Shown piece after piece: positions 9,437 to 18,601 of a DNA stretch of 32,000 nt. Source of the stretch: Candidatus Saccharimonadota bacterium (GTDB lineage: Bacteria > Bacteroidota > Bacteroidia > Cytophagales > Amoebophilaceae); the NCBI RefSeq assembly GCF_964030745.1, contig NZ_OZ034918.1, positions 30,001-62,000 on the forward strand. Reading direction: 5' to 3'. The position numbers were made by a program, and so were the translations under genes. The notes below the pieces were generated by a model. That model was not told the origin of the DNA. It ran no database searches and saw only the letters and a program-made list of their open reading frames with translations. Numbering within the stretch: the first letter of the stretch is position 1; every line of letters begins with the position of its first letter.

Positions 9437-10480
9437 TTAGTATAATAGGCTGGCGCCAGCGCTTTGTACTGATTGTTCAATAAATTGAATGATATCAGAT
9501 AAGACTAAATCGGCGTAAAGCACTGTTTCACACTGGTCTACAAATAAATTAGGGTCTATAGCTATTAAATTGCTTGCATGGAGTATTCCCTTATACATAC
9601 GGCCTTTTACTTGCGGGCGATGGGGCCACGTGATAGGTGCATAGTCATGGCTTGAATTTTTTATATCTGTAAGCATCAGTGTATTTAGGCAGTCTTCGCT
9701 GGCTAATTGACTGGCTAGAGGAATCAAGGTATCGTGTCTTCCACCTTTTTGACCAGTAATCAATAGGGCATAAGCATCATTTAATGCTTCTATCTTCTTA
9801 TGTTGGCCAACTGTTTTAATATGGAATAGAGCAGAAAAATCATTCTGATGCGTAGCAATGAGCAAACAAGGGATCTCTCTGTTCACCTCTAGGAAGCTAC
9901 ATATCTCTTTTATACATGGACTATTAGGGAATATATCTTTTAAGCCATGTAGAGGCATCCAGCCTGGCCGTGTAAGGAGGCGCATCCATGCTTGTAGGGT
10001 CATACTCCACTTCATCCTAAAAAGTGGATAGTCAATAAGCTGTAATCCCGTTTTTGCATGGGCTATAAATGCTTGCACATCACTACAGCTGCGTTCCAGC
10101 AACGGTGTGCCCATGAGGGGGGCATTAAGGGTAATGATGCCAACTATGTTAAGCTGATTTTTATAGGATTGTCCTAAGGTACAGGCCAGTACCCCTCCTT
10201 GACTATAACCGATGATAATGAGTGGAAAAGATTGTAAATCTTGGTTGTAGTGCATGAGATTAAGCGCTATATGTCTAAGCAGGTCTGCTGCTTGTTGCGC
10301 GATAGGCCGTATAACAGACTTGAACCGGACCCTACATGTTGGCTGAATGATTAGCACTACTTTTCCAAACCTCTTATGCAATGCTGCTGCAATGGCTTTT
10401 AGCTCATCTGCCTGGGCGTATAAACCATGCAATAGCAACACCGCAAAAGTAGGTGGTTGGTCTAAAGTGGGTCTATTCAT
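9437..10480 (-). CDS. Alpha/beta-hydrolase-fold serine hydrolase (lipase/esterase-like), no signal peptide
   Basis: Has VLLLHGL and IGYSQGG (Ser93 codon at 10202-10204), RHDTLIP and GILHASN, matching the triad positions of the 6988-8139 paralog. Starts 23 bp downstream of the clpB stop on the same strand. Confidence 0.8.
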   Translation of the reverse strand: MNRPTLDQPPTFAVLLLHGLYAQADELKAIAAALHKRFGKVVLIIQPTCRVRFKSVIRPIAQQAADLLRHIALNLMHYNQDLQSFPLIIIGYSQGGVLACTLGQSYKNQLNIVGIITLNAPLMGTPLLERSCSDVQAFIAHAKTGLQLIDYPLFRMKWSMTLQAWMRLLTRPGWMPLHGLKDIFPNSPCIKEICSFLEVNREIPCLLIATHQNDFSALFHIKTVGQHKKIEALNDAYALLITGQKGGRHDTLIPLASQLASEDCLNTLMLTDIKNSSHDYAPITWPHRPQVKGRMYKGILHASNLIAIDPNLFVDQCETVLYADLVLSDIIQFIEQSVQSAGASLLY

Positions 10481-10503
10481 AATGTATGATTGCTCCTAAT
10501 CAC

Positions 10504-13098
10504 TTACTGGCCATTTGAGAAAACTACTCGTCCTTGATCGTAACCAATGTCAATGGGTTGCGCTTTGGTAACGTGTCCAGCTAGCAATTCTTTAGACAAT
10601 GCATTGAGTATGACACGTTGTATCAAACGCTTAAGGGGCCTTGCACCAAATTGCAAGCTATAGCCTTCTTGTGATAGGTAGTCCATAAGTCCCTCATCCA
10701 TCCGGATCATGATACCATTCTTTGCTAGATCTGCCTGAAGTTTTGTTATCTGAATATCTACAATATCTTTAATAACTTTTTTGGAAAGTGGATTAAACAT
10801 AATGATTTCATCTACTCGATTTAAAAACTCTGGCCGCATCTGGTTTTGGAGCAATTGTATGATTGCTTCTTTTGTCTCTGCTAGTACCTCTTGGGCAGGG
10901 ATATCTTCAATACCAGCAAATCGACTTTGAATAAGGTGTGCACCCATATTACTCGTCATAATAATAATGGTATTTTTAAAATTTGCTGTTCTACCTTTGT
11001 TGTCTGTTAGCCTACCATCATCCAATACTTGGAGCAAAATATTAAAAACATCTGGATGGGCTTTTTCTATTTCATCTAATAGAATTACGGAATAGGGTTT
11101 GGTACGTACCGCTTCTGTAAGCTGGCCACCTTCGTCATATCCTATGTAGCCAGGTGGCGCACCAATCAACCGACTAACTGAATGTTTTTCTTGATATTCA
11201 GACATATCTATGCGAATCATAGCTTGTTCATCGTTGAATAAAAATTGTGCAAGTGCTTTGGCTAATTCAGTTTTACCTACTCCAGTAGTCCCTAAAAAGA
11301 TAAAAGAGCCAATAGGCTTACGGGGATCTTGTAATTCAGCACGGCTTCTGCGTACTGAGTCGGCAATAACTTGAATAGCTTCTGCTTGGCCTGCAACACG
11401 CTCAGCCAGTACAGCCTCTAAGTGTAATAGTTTTTCGCGCTCATCTTGTAGCATTTTAGAAACAGGAATGCCAGTCCGCTGTGCTATGATTTGAGCAATA
11501 TCTTCTTGCGTAACCTCTTCGTTAAACAGTGGATTGGTATCACGTAGGGCTGCTACCTGTTCTTGTAAGGCTTTGAGTTTTTTTTCTGCTTCTATCAGTC
11601 GGCCATATCGAATTTCAGCCACCTTGCCATAGTCAAAATGACGTTCAGCTTGTTCAGCATCTAAACGTAGCTGTTCAATCTGTTTTTTCTGTATGCCAAT
11701 ACCCTGAATAATCGATTTGTCGTGTTCCCATTTTGCTTTTAGGAGGTTCCTTTTTTCATTTAGCGCTGCAATGGTTTTAGACAATGCTTCCAGCTTGGCG
11801 GTATCTTTTTCTTTTCGAATCGCCTCTCTTTCAATTTCTAATTCGGTAATTTTGCGCTGGATTTGATCTAAATCCACAGGAATAGCATCCAAATCAATGC
11901 GCTTTTTAGCAGCAGCTTCATCCATGACATCTATAGCCTTATCAGGTAGAAAGCCTGGTAGGTAACGATCAGAGAGCCGTACAGTGGCTGTAACGGCACT
12001 ATCTTTAATGTGTATGCCATGATGCAACTCATATTTTGGCTTTATGCCTCGTATAATAGAAACAGCCTGCTCCTGACTTGGTTCGTCTACCATAATCACC
12101 TGGAATCTTCTTTCTAGCGCTTTATCTTTCTCTATATACTTTTGATATTCCTTTAGGGTAGTAGCGCCGATAGCATGTAGTTCTCCACGCGCAAGCGCTG
12201 GTTTGAGTAAATTAGCAGCATCCATGGCACCCTCTCCAGAGGCACCTGCCCCAATAAGCATATGGATTTCATCAATAAAAAGAATAAACTCCCCATTAGA
12301 ATCCACTACTTCTTTAATAACAGCTTTAAGCCGTTCCTCAAACTCACCTTTGTATTTGGCACCAGCAATCAAAAGGCCCAGGTCTAATGCAAAAATAATT
12401 TTAGACTTGACGTTTTCAGGGACATCACCAGAGACAATTCTTTGCGCCAACCCTTCCACAATAGCTGTTTTACCCACACCAGGTTCTCCAATTAATAGGG
12501 GGTTGCTTTTGGTCCTACGTGAAATAATTTGTACGGTTCTTCTCGATTCTTCATCACGCCCAATTACTGGATCTATTTTGCCCTCCTTAACCAGTTGATT
12601 TAAATTTTTTGCGTAACGCTCCAGCGATCTGTATTTGGACTCTGCACTAGGATCAGCAACTTTATGGGTACCCCGTAAGGCTTGAATGGCCTGCAACAAG
12701 GGTTGTTCTTCTATGCCGTGTTTTTTCATCAACGCTGCTACCTGGTCTTTACCTGCACAGAGGCTTAAAAGCAAGTGGTCTACTGCAATAAAGTCATCAC
12801 CTAGTTGTGCTTTATACCTTTCTGCTCCACGAAGCGTACCATCCATATTCGGCGATAAATAAGGCTGTTGCCCAGAGGCTTTGGGATAGGTTTGAATGAG
12901 TTGATCTAATGCTTGCTCTAGCGGCATTAAGGCCACTTGAAGTTGTTTGGTAAGAAAGGTAACGTGTGCTTCATTGCTGCTTAAAATAGCCTTTAGTAAA
13001 TGACCATTTTCAATAGTAAGCTGTTGATTGGCTTGCGCAACCGCTATAGCGCCTTGTATGGCTTCTTGCGCTTTAATGGTATATTTTCCAAAGTCCAT
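10504..13098 (-). CDS. clpB: ATP-dependent chaperone/disaggregase ClpB
   Basis: 864-aa ORF with a Clp N domain, two AAA+ modules (GEPGVGKTA and [12 protein letters not shown] Walker A motifs) and a long coiled-coil middle domain between them. Confidence 0.97.
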   Translation of the reverse strand: MDFGKYTIKAQEAIQGAIAVAQANQQLTIENGHLLKAILSSNEAHVTFLTKQLQVALMPLEQALDQLIQTYPKASGQQPYLSPNMDGTLRGAERYKAQLGDDFIAVDHLLLSLCAGKDQVAALMKKHGIEEQPLLQAIQALRGTHKVADPSAESKYRSLERYAKNLNQLVKEGKIDPVIGRDEESRRTVQIISRRTKSNPLLIGEPGVGKTAIVEGLAQRIVSGDVPENVKSKIIFALDLGLLIAGAKYKGEFEERLKAVIKEVVDSNGEFILFIDEIHMLIGAGASGEGAMDAANLLKPALARGELHAIGATTLKEYQKYIEKDKALERRFQVIMVDEPSQEQAVSIIRGIKPKYELHHGIHIKDSAVTATVRLSDRYLPGFLPDKAIDVMDEAAAKKRIDLDAIPVDLDQIQRKITELEIEREAIRKEKDTAKLEALSKTIAALNEKRNLLKAKWEHDKSIIQGIGIQKKQIEQLRLDAEQAERHFDYGKVAEIRYGRLIEAEKKLKALQEQVAALRDTNPLFNEEVTQEDIAQIIAQRTGIPVSKMLQDEREKLLHLEAVLAERVAGQAEAIQVIADSVRRSRAELQDPRKPIGSFIFLGTTGVGKTELAKALAQFLFNDEQAMIRIDMSEYQEKHSVSRLIGAPPGYIGYDEGGQLTEAVRTKPYSVILLDEIEKAHPDVFNILLQVLDDGRLTDNKGRTANFKNTIIIMTSNMGAHLIQSRFAGIEDIPAQEVLAETKEAIIQLLQNQMRPEFLNRVDEIIMFNPLSKKVIKDIVDIQITKLQADLAKNGIMIRMDEGLMDYLSQEGYSLQFGARPLKRLIQRVILNALSKELLAGHVTKAQPIDIGYDQGRVVFSNGQ

Positions 13099-13413
13099 AA
13101 TGTTTTATATCAATCGTTGATTTACTACCCGGAAATAAATATAATGGTTTTTTGTAAAACTGTTTAAGATGGTTATGCAATAGAAAAACAAGACGATACA
13201 TATGTGATCACCATGGACATGCCTACCGATCTTACGGGTACTGTTAGTGAGCCTTGTAGAAGGCTCTGTATTTACCCCAATAAGTTATCTACAAAATCGA
13301 TTAAAAAAAATTAGAAAATTAATACCTTACTTTTAATTAATAAAGCACTGACTATACAAACATACCTATGCAAAAGCAGCTGAGTATTTTAGGGTAGCAT
13401 CAACCAGGCAAAA

Positions 13414-15468
13414 GTGGGTAGATATTTTATTTTCATACTGCTGATTCAGAAAGCTTTTACAGCTTTCCCGATGGCGCTACCTCATTTGCTTTCCTTTGAT
13501 GATTATGTAAGCGTAATCTACCAGCGGCAAAATTTTACCGAAGAAGAGGATTTCCAGTGTATTAAACAAGCTCTTCGAGAGGCCTACGCTGCGCCGTTAG
13601 ATTTGAATAAGGTAACAGCGGAAGCATTGGCAGCATTGGGTATTTTATCTAATAACCAAATAAAAAATTATTTCAACCATTTGGCTGCCACCGGCCCGTT
13701 CTATTCTAAATACGAGCTACAGGCTATTCCTGATTTTGACTTAACCACCATCACTTTGCTTTTACCGTTTGTCTATGTAATAGAAAGCTACCATTTACCA
13801 TCGAATGAATTGAAAATCAATACCAGTAAACCTAACTATTTTTTATTTCGTTATACCCCTGCACGAAGCCAAATATCTGATAATCAGTCATCTACCTTAG
13901 GAGGGTTAGATAAATATACGGTTCAGGTTTCTTGTAACCATTTCAGTGATATCGCATGGAGCATTACTGCTAGAAAACAACCAGGTGAGTCTTTTTGCTG
14001 GGATCATTCTACCTACCGTTATGGATTTAACCTATGGTCTATTTTTATCATGGTAGATAATAAAAAATATATTAAACGGATGGTAGTGGGTGACTACCAA
14101 ATTGGCTATGGACAGGGTTTGCTACTCAGTGCAGGTTATATCCACACCGGGGATTCGATCCATTCTATCATTCGTTCTAACAGCCTGGGCATTCGTCCTT
14201 ATAAAGGCATTAGGCGTATTGGATTGCGTGGTATAGCCATTACATCTGATCTGGGACCTATTGAAGTAACAGGATTCTATGCAAACCATAACCTAGATGC
14301 CATTCTGAAACTGAATACACAAAATAAGCTCTATACCAATCGAATAGATTGCATTGGTAAGTATGATACCGCCCATAATCTAGCCAAAAAAGGGACCGTT
14401 CATGAGCAAGTTATTGGCTGCACCATACGCAAGCAATTCAATAGAAACCAAACAGAAATAGGTATGAATCTACTCTATAACCATTACGATATACCTATTG
14501 TAAAAAGAGAAGTCTCCTCAGCTCCCTATTGGTCACAATCAGCTATTGGTTTATTTTACCGCTTGCTATGCAAAAATTGGATCATATTTGGTGAGGCAGG
14601 GCTTACGCTTCCCAATGCTACTAGGGCTAAGAAAGGGCAAGCGTTCATCACAGGATGTATGATCAGCCTTTCCCGTTATATAGACCTTTCCGGTGCATTG
14701 TATTACTATGGTAAGGGATTATGCACGCCTTATGGCCATGGCTTTAAACGCTATATGACAGATCCTTCTAATGAAAAAGGGGGGTATGTCTGTTTACAGC
14801 TTACACCTTTACCCAGCTGGCAACTTGTAACCAGTGGCCACTTTTTTGCTACCTTATTCCCTAAGCCACAGCTGGCCATAGCTAGTAGTGGCCATCGTTT
14901 TAGGACACGTTCTCACCATATATGGAATCGTACAACCATGTTGGTCATGCAGCATAAGCTAGATAAAAACCCGCGTAATAAGCCAAAGGAAGCAGATTGC
15001 CTAGCAAAAATTGAGCACGCTACTCAAAACAGTTTTAAGTGTAAAATAGATCACAAACTTACCCATTATTGGTGGGCCGATGCAGCACTACAATATACCC
15101 GTTATACTTTTTTAGGGCAAACCCATCATGGTTATGCGTTGGCCAGCACGCAAAAATGGAAAGTAAGCAAATGGCAAGTTTCTTGCAAAGCAATTTATTT
15201 TAAAACCCAAAACTATGCTACTAGGTTATACGTTTATTTACCTAATCCACTATATAGTGGTACACAGTTTCATCCCTGTTATGGTAATGGCATAGCTACT
15301 ACTTGGTTGGTCTGTTGGCGGCCTATAGGGTCGGTTCGTTTGGAAATTAAATATACTTTTATATATTTTGTTGAGGATCTTTCTAAAATAGGGGTAAGCA
15401 AAATCAAAAGTGCTCCTCGCAGTGGCGGTAAGCACGATGGGGCCATACAACTTTTGGTTAATTTTTAA
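13414..15468 (+). CDS. Helix-hairpin-helix (ComEA-like) domain protein with a predicted C-terminal beta-barrel, putative outer-membrane protein
   Basis: GTG start followed by a hydrophobic signal-like N-terminus. HhH-like segment LDLNKVTAEALAALGILSNNQIKNYFNH...YELQAIPDF. The long C-terminal region is rich in alternating aromatic/hydrophilic residues and ends in ...LLVNF (terminal Phe typical of barrel OMPs). An alternative ATG lies at 13471. Confidence 0.65.
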   Translation: MGRYFIFILLIQKAFTAFPMALPHLLSFDDYVSVIYQRQNFTEEEDFQCIKQALREAYAAPLDLNKVTAEALAALGILSNNQIKNYFNHLAATGPFYSKYELQAIPDFDLTTITLLLPFVYVIESYHLPSNELKINTSKPNYFLFRYTPARSQISDNQSSTLGGLDKYTVQVSCNHFSDIAWSITARKQPGESFCWDHSTYRYGFNLWSIFIMVDNKKYIKRMVVGDYQIGYGQGLLLSAGYIHTGDSIHSIIRSNSLGIRPYKGIRRIGLRGIAITSDLGPIEVTGFYANHNLDAILKLNTQNKLYTNRIDCIGKYDTAHNLAKKGTVHEQVIGCTIRKQFNRNQTEIGMNLLYNHYDIPIVKREVSSAPYWSQSAIGLFYRLLCKNWIIFGEAGLTLPNATRAKKGQAFITGCMISLSRYIDLSGALYYYGKGLCTPYGHGFKRYMTDPSNEKGGYVCLQLTPLPSWQLVTSGHFFATLFPKPQLAIASSGHRFRTRSHHIWNRTTMLVMQHKLDKNPRNKPKEADCLAKIEHATQNSFKCKIDHKLTHYWWADAALQYTRYTFLGQTHHGYALASTQKWKVSKWQVSCKAIYFKTQNYATRLYVYLPNPLYSGTQFHPCYGNGIATTWLVCWRPIGSVRLEIKYTFIYFVEDLSKIGVSKIKSAPRSGGKHDGAIQLLVNF

Positions 15469-15527
15469 AGAAGATACAGGTAAACCTGTTCGAGTAATGA
15501 CCTCTATTTAGTACATTAGCAATATTC

Positions 15528-16124
15528 ATGAAAAAAACTACCATTCTAAAATTGCCTCGTATCTCCCATTCGTGTACTCAGCTTTTAGGAACTGTTGTTA
15601 TTGCCTTTAGCAGTCTATTGGTAAATTATACCGCTTGCCATACTTGCAATCGATCTGATGCTGATTTAGATATACAAGCTTGGTTTACACCGCAAGATCC
15701 TTGTATGGACCTTATTGTGGCTAAGATTCTATCTGCGAAATCATTAATTCTTGTGCAGGCCTATGTGATCACCTCGCATAGGATTGCTGATGCACTGATC
15801 CAAGCGCATCAAAATAGGGTAGGAGTGCAGGTATTGATAGACAAAGATGCGCAGACTACAAGAGGCAGTAAAGTAGGTTGGTTATTGCAACATGGCATTC
15901 CTATTATAGTTGACAAAACAGTTGGTTATGCCCATAATAAAGTTATGATTATTGATGATGCATATGTCCTTACAGGTTCTTTTAACTGGACACATGGTGC
16001 ACAAACGAGAAATGCAGAAAACCTAGTGATGATAACAGGAAAACATATCAATAGAAAGTTTAAAAACAATTGGTATGTAAGGGCAGCAGCTGGAGAAAGA
16101 TTAAAATTTATACGCAACCATTAA
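15528..16124 (+). CDS. Phospholipase D superfamily protein with a single HKD motif (Nuc-like), signal peptide/lipobox
   Basis: The HKD signature HNKVMIIDDAYVLTGSFNWT appears once in 198 aa. N-terminal hydrophobic segment with VNYTAC. Confidence 0.85.
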   Translation: MKKTTILKLPRISHSCTQLLGTVVIAFSSLLVNYTACHTCNRSDADLDIQAWFTPQDPCMDLIVAKILSAKSLILVQAYVITSHRIADALIQAHQNRVGVQVLIDKDAQTTRGSKVGWLLQHGIPIIVDKTVGYAHNKVMIIDDAYVLTGSFNWTHGAQTRNAENLVMITGKHINRKFKNNWYVRAAAGERLKFIRNH

Positions 16125-16133
16125 ACTACAAAA

Positions 16134-17177
16134 CTAAGACGATTGAGATGATTTGTTTTTAAATTTTCGTTGAATCCATTTAGGTAACAACATGGCCCCT
16201 AAAATTAAGTAGAGATAAAAAGTGCATATACGCCATAGCAATGCGATCAATAAGGTATAGTCGCCCAACATAGGATCAAAAAATTTCTGAAACCAAAATT
16301 CTGCAATGCCACTCCCACCTGGAGAAACAGGCACCAACATCAGTGCCCACATCACAATCTGTCTGCCCCAAATGGCTAGGTGCTGGCCTAAAGAAATAGG
16401 ACAATAAGCTGCCATCAAACAATTGATCAAAATGTATCGAACCATCCAGGTTAAAAAGGTACAGAGCACTATTTTATACCAAAAAAGAGGAGGTTTTCCC
16501 TTAAACTCATGTGAAGTAATCATAATGTCCTTGCTAAGCTGGTAAGCAGATCTGCGCCATCGCTTTAAGAAACCAATACTGGTCACATGGATTAAAATCC
16601 ATTTTAATAGCTTGGGGTTGATAAAAACACCAATGATCATAACCAAGTTATAGACCAAAAAAAACGTATAGATAACAAAAAAGAAGGCCTTTATACTACT
16701 GCTTAATGGGCCTGCCATGGAAAAAATTGGTTCATATGCGCCTGTAAAACCCAATGTTCCAGCTAACAGAAAAAAAAGATTATCCATAATCCCAGTCACA
16801 ACAATATAGGCAATAGATCTACCCAGTGACAATCCTTCTTTAGATAAAAGAAAAATAGCCACCAGACCTCCGCCTACTACCGATGGTGTTACAGCAGTGC
16901 CAAATTCCCAGAGGATGGCAATATAGAAACAACTCGTCCAAGGTAAACTGCTATTGCTCAAGATACGTAGCCTGTAAATATGACCCACTTCTCGGAGCAA
17001 AATAGAGCAGAGCGCCATAGCCAAATAGTTCCAATTGGGTTCACTTAATAGTGCCACTATTTCAAGTGAAATTTTACCAGACCTATAAAATAAAAAACCT
17101 GTAATGGCTAGTCCACATAATATAGGGAACCATACTTTTTTAACATTTAATGTTTTAAGTGCTTCTTGAGCATCCAT
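16134..17177 (-). CDS. Flippase-like / lysylphosphatidylglycerol-synthase transmembrane-domain (UPF0104) family membrane protein
   Basis: 347-aa polytopic membrane protein. Conserved SPGGSGIAE motif typical of the family. Probably co-transcribed with gatC (19-bp gap). Confidence 0.7.
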   Translation of the reverse strand: MDAQEALKTLNVKKVWFPILCGLAITGFLFYRSGKISLEIVALLSEPNWNYLAMALCSILLREVGHIYRLRILSNSSLPWTSCFYIAILWEFGTAVTPSVVGGGLVAIFLLSKEGLSLGRSIAYIVVTGIMDNLFFLLAGTLGFTGAYEPIFSMAGPLSSSIKAFFFVIYTFFLVYNLVMIIGVFINPKLLKWILIHVTSIGFLKRWRRSAYQLSKDIMITSHEFKGKPPLFWYKIVLCTFLTWMVRYILINCLMAAYCPISLGQHLAIWGRQIVMWALMLVPVSPGGSGIAEFWFQKFFDPMLGDYTLLIALLWRICTFYLYLILGAMLLPKWIQRKFKNKSSQSS

Positions 17178-17196
17178 ACGCGTTTAAGTAATTAAT

Positions 17197-17520
17197 TTAA
17201 CTTGGGTCGGCTAAGTCTGTATGTGCTGTTATCCCCTTTACAGCAGGAACCCTAAAATAATTTGAATCACTGCTGGGTGCAAGGGTTAAGGCTTGCTCGT
17301 GTGAAAGTAAATTTGATGCAACATCTGGACGCAAACTAGTAGACTCCAACTTAGCAGATGCTTCTAAAACAATATTGTTGTCCACATCAAGCTCGTCCAA
17401 TTGCTTTACCCAATCTACCATTGCGTTTAAGTCATGAAGCATCGTGTCTCGTTCATGCGGCGGTAATTCAAGACGGCAAAGGTAGGCCAGTTTATCTAAA
17501 AGGTCGTTATCAATAATCAT
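17197..17520 (-). CDS. gatC: Asp-tRNA(Asn)/Glu-tRNA(Gln) amidotransferase subunit C
   Basis: 107-aa ORF with a GatC-like N-terminus (LDKLAYLCRLELPPHERDTMLHDLNAMVDWVKQLDELDV) and a typical size. Confidence 0.85.
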   Translation of the reverse strand: MIIDNDLLDKLAYLCRLELPPHERDTMLHDLNAMVDWVKQLDELDVDNNIVLEASAKLESTSLRPDVASNLLSHEQALTLAPSSDSNYFRVPAVKGITAHTDLADPS

Positions 17521-17569
17521 CTACAGACTAAATAAAAAATTTTTACCAAAGCTAAAGTTACTTTATAAA

Positions 17570-17623
17570 TTTAATAGAACAAAATAGCTATCGACTAGCC
17601 TTCAAAAGAGGGCTGGTCGATAG
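17570..17623 (-). terminator. Candidate intrinsic terminator downstream of the ankyrin gene
   Basis: 13-bp stem (17588-17600 pairs with 17611-17623, one G-U pair) with a 10-nt loop. On the minus strand it is followed by a U-rich tract (CUAUUUUGUUCUAUU). Confidence 0.45.
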
Positions 17624-17717
17624 TGCACAGTTTTTAGGCATAGTCGTAATCGAGCAATCTAGCCATATGCAACTATAGACGCGCATAGACCAGGATCAGC
17701 GTTTGAAACAATAGCGC

Positions 17718-18329
17718 CTAGTGCGTTACGCTATATAGCAGAGTAAGTATATCGTTCCTTTGAGCATAGCATAACGGGTTGCGGCCATAGTTATCTTGCA
17801 GATTTGGGTCCAATCCTAATGCCAATAGGCGCTTAACTAGTGCATTACTCTCCTTATGGTCTAACGCAGCTGCATAGTGCAGTAAGGTTTTTCCATCTTG
17901 TCCCCGGAGCGTTAGCCTCCCTAAGGCTATTGCTTTTTTAATCAACTGTTGCATAGCAGATGCATTAGCCCCTTCGTATGCCCAATCAAAAGCTGTTCGA
18001 CCATCCTTATCTTTCGCATCTATTGGTGCACCGCTGTCAAGTAAGTTTTCAGTGCTCACACCTGTTGTATCACAGTAAGCGGCCCAATGTAAGAGCGTAC
18101 AACCATTTTCATCGCTACTATTGAGTATAGCTGGATTGTTACGCACATATATGGGAACTTTTTCAGGTTTACCTTGTTTAATAGCTGAGATAGCTGAGGC
18201 CAGAGAAGTCTCTTTTGGTTGTCTTTTAGAGGATAGACAACTACTGGCTTGTAAGGAGCAAAAGATTATAATAAGGTATACAGTTATATGGTGCATCGGG
18301 TATGTCAATAAAATAGACTTCTTTTGCAA
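17718..18329 (-). CDS. Ankyrin-repeat protein with signal peptide/lipobox
   Basis: N-terminal LIIIFCSLQASSC. At least three ANK-like repeats (GCTLLHWAAYCD, DGRTAFDWAYEGAN, GKTLLHYAAALDH...LLALGLDPNLQDNYGRNPLCYA). Confidence 0.85.
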   Translation of the reverse strand: MQKKSILLTYPMHHITVYLIIIFCSLQASSCLSSKRQPKETSLASAISAIKQGKPEKVPIYVRNNPAILNSSDENGCTLLHWAAYCDTTGVSTENLLDSGAPIDAKDKDGRTAFDWAYEGANASAMQQLIKKAIALGRLTLRGQDGKTLLHYAAALDHKESNALVKRLLALGLDPNLQDNYGRNPLCYAQRNDILTLLYSVTH

Positions 18330-18354
18330 TGCTACTTCTACGCATCACAAATAG

Positions 18355-18496
18355 AGACCTTCTGCAAAAGCTATTTCTAATGGCAATTTTGGTGTCGAAG
18401 CTTGTCTATGCTCCTCAAATACATCTAGTATTCTGCGGTGCTCAACTACGCTTCTCCTAAAAATTGCTGATCACAAATAGGTTTTGCAGAAGGTCT
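18355..18496. mobile_element. MITE-like element, full-length copy (142 bp)
   Basis: Terminal inverted repeats AGACCTTCTGCAAAAGCTATTT (18355-) and the reverse complement AGACCTTCTGCAAAACCTATTT (-18496). Non-coding. A second, shorter copy lies at 22009-22088. Confidence 0.75.
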
Positions 18497-18601
18497 TAGG
18501 TCCTAAAAGGGGTCTATTCCGAAATAAACAAAAAAAGAGCGAATTTTCATGCAATTTTTTGGTTCAATTAACCAAATAATAAACAAAAACTAGTATAGTG
18601 C

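Noticed and set aside
13244-13270. CIRCE-like heat-shock operator upstream of clpB (TTAGTGAGCC-N8-GGCTCTGTA)
   Set aside because: Only the inner 7 bp pair (GAGCCTT/AAGGCTC). The outer half-sites do not match the TTAGCACTC-N9-GAGTGCTAA consensus.
6988-17520. Defence island or toxin-antitoxin interpretation of the hydrolase/PLD region
   Set aside because: There are no nuclease-ATPase, methyltransferase, reverse-transcriptase, Cas or small paired toxin-antitoxin ORFs. The PLD and hydrolases carry export signals and are interleaved with housekeeping genes (clpB, gatC).
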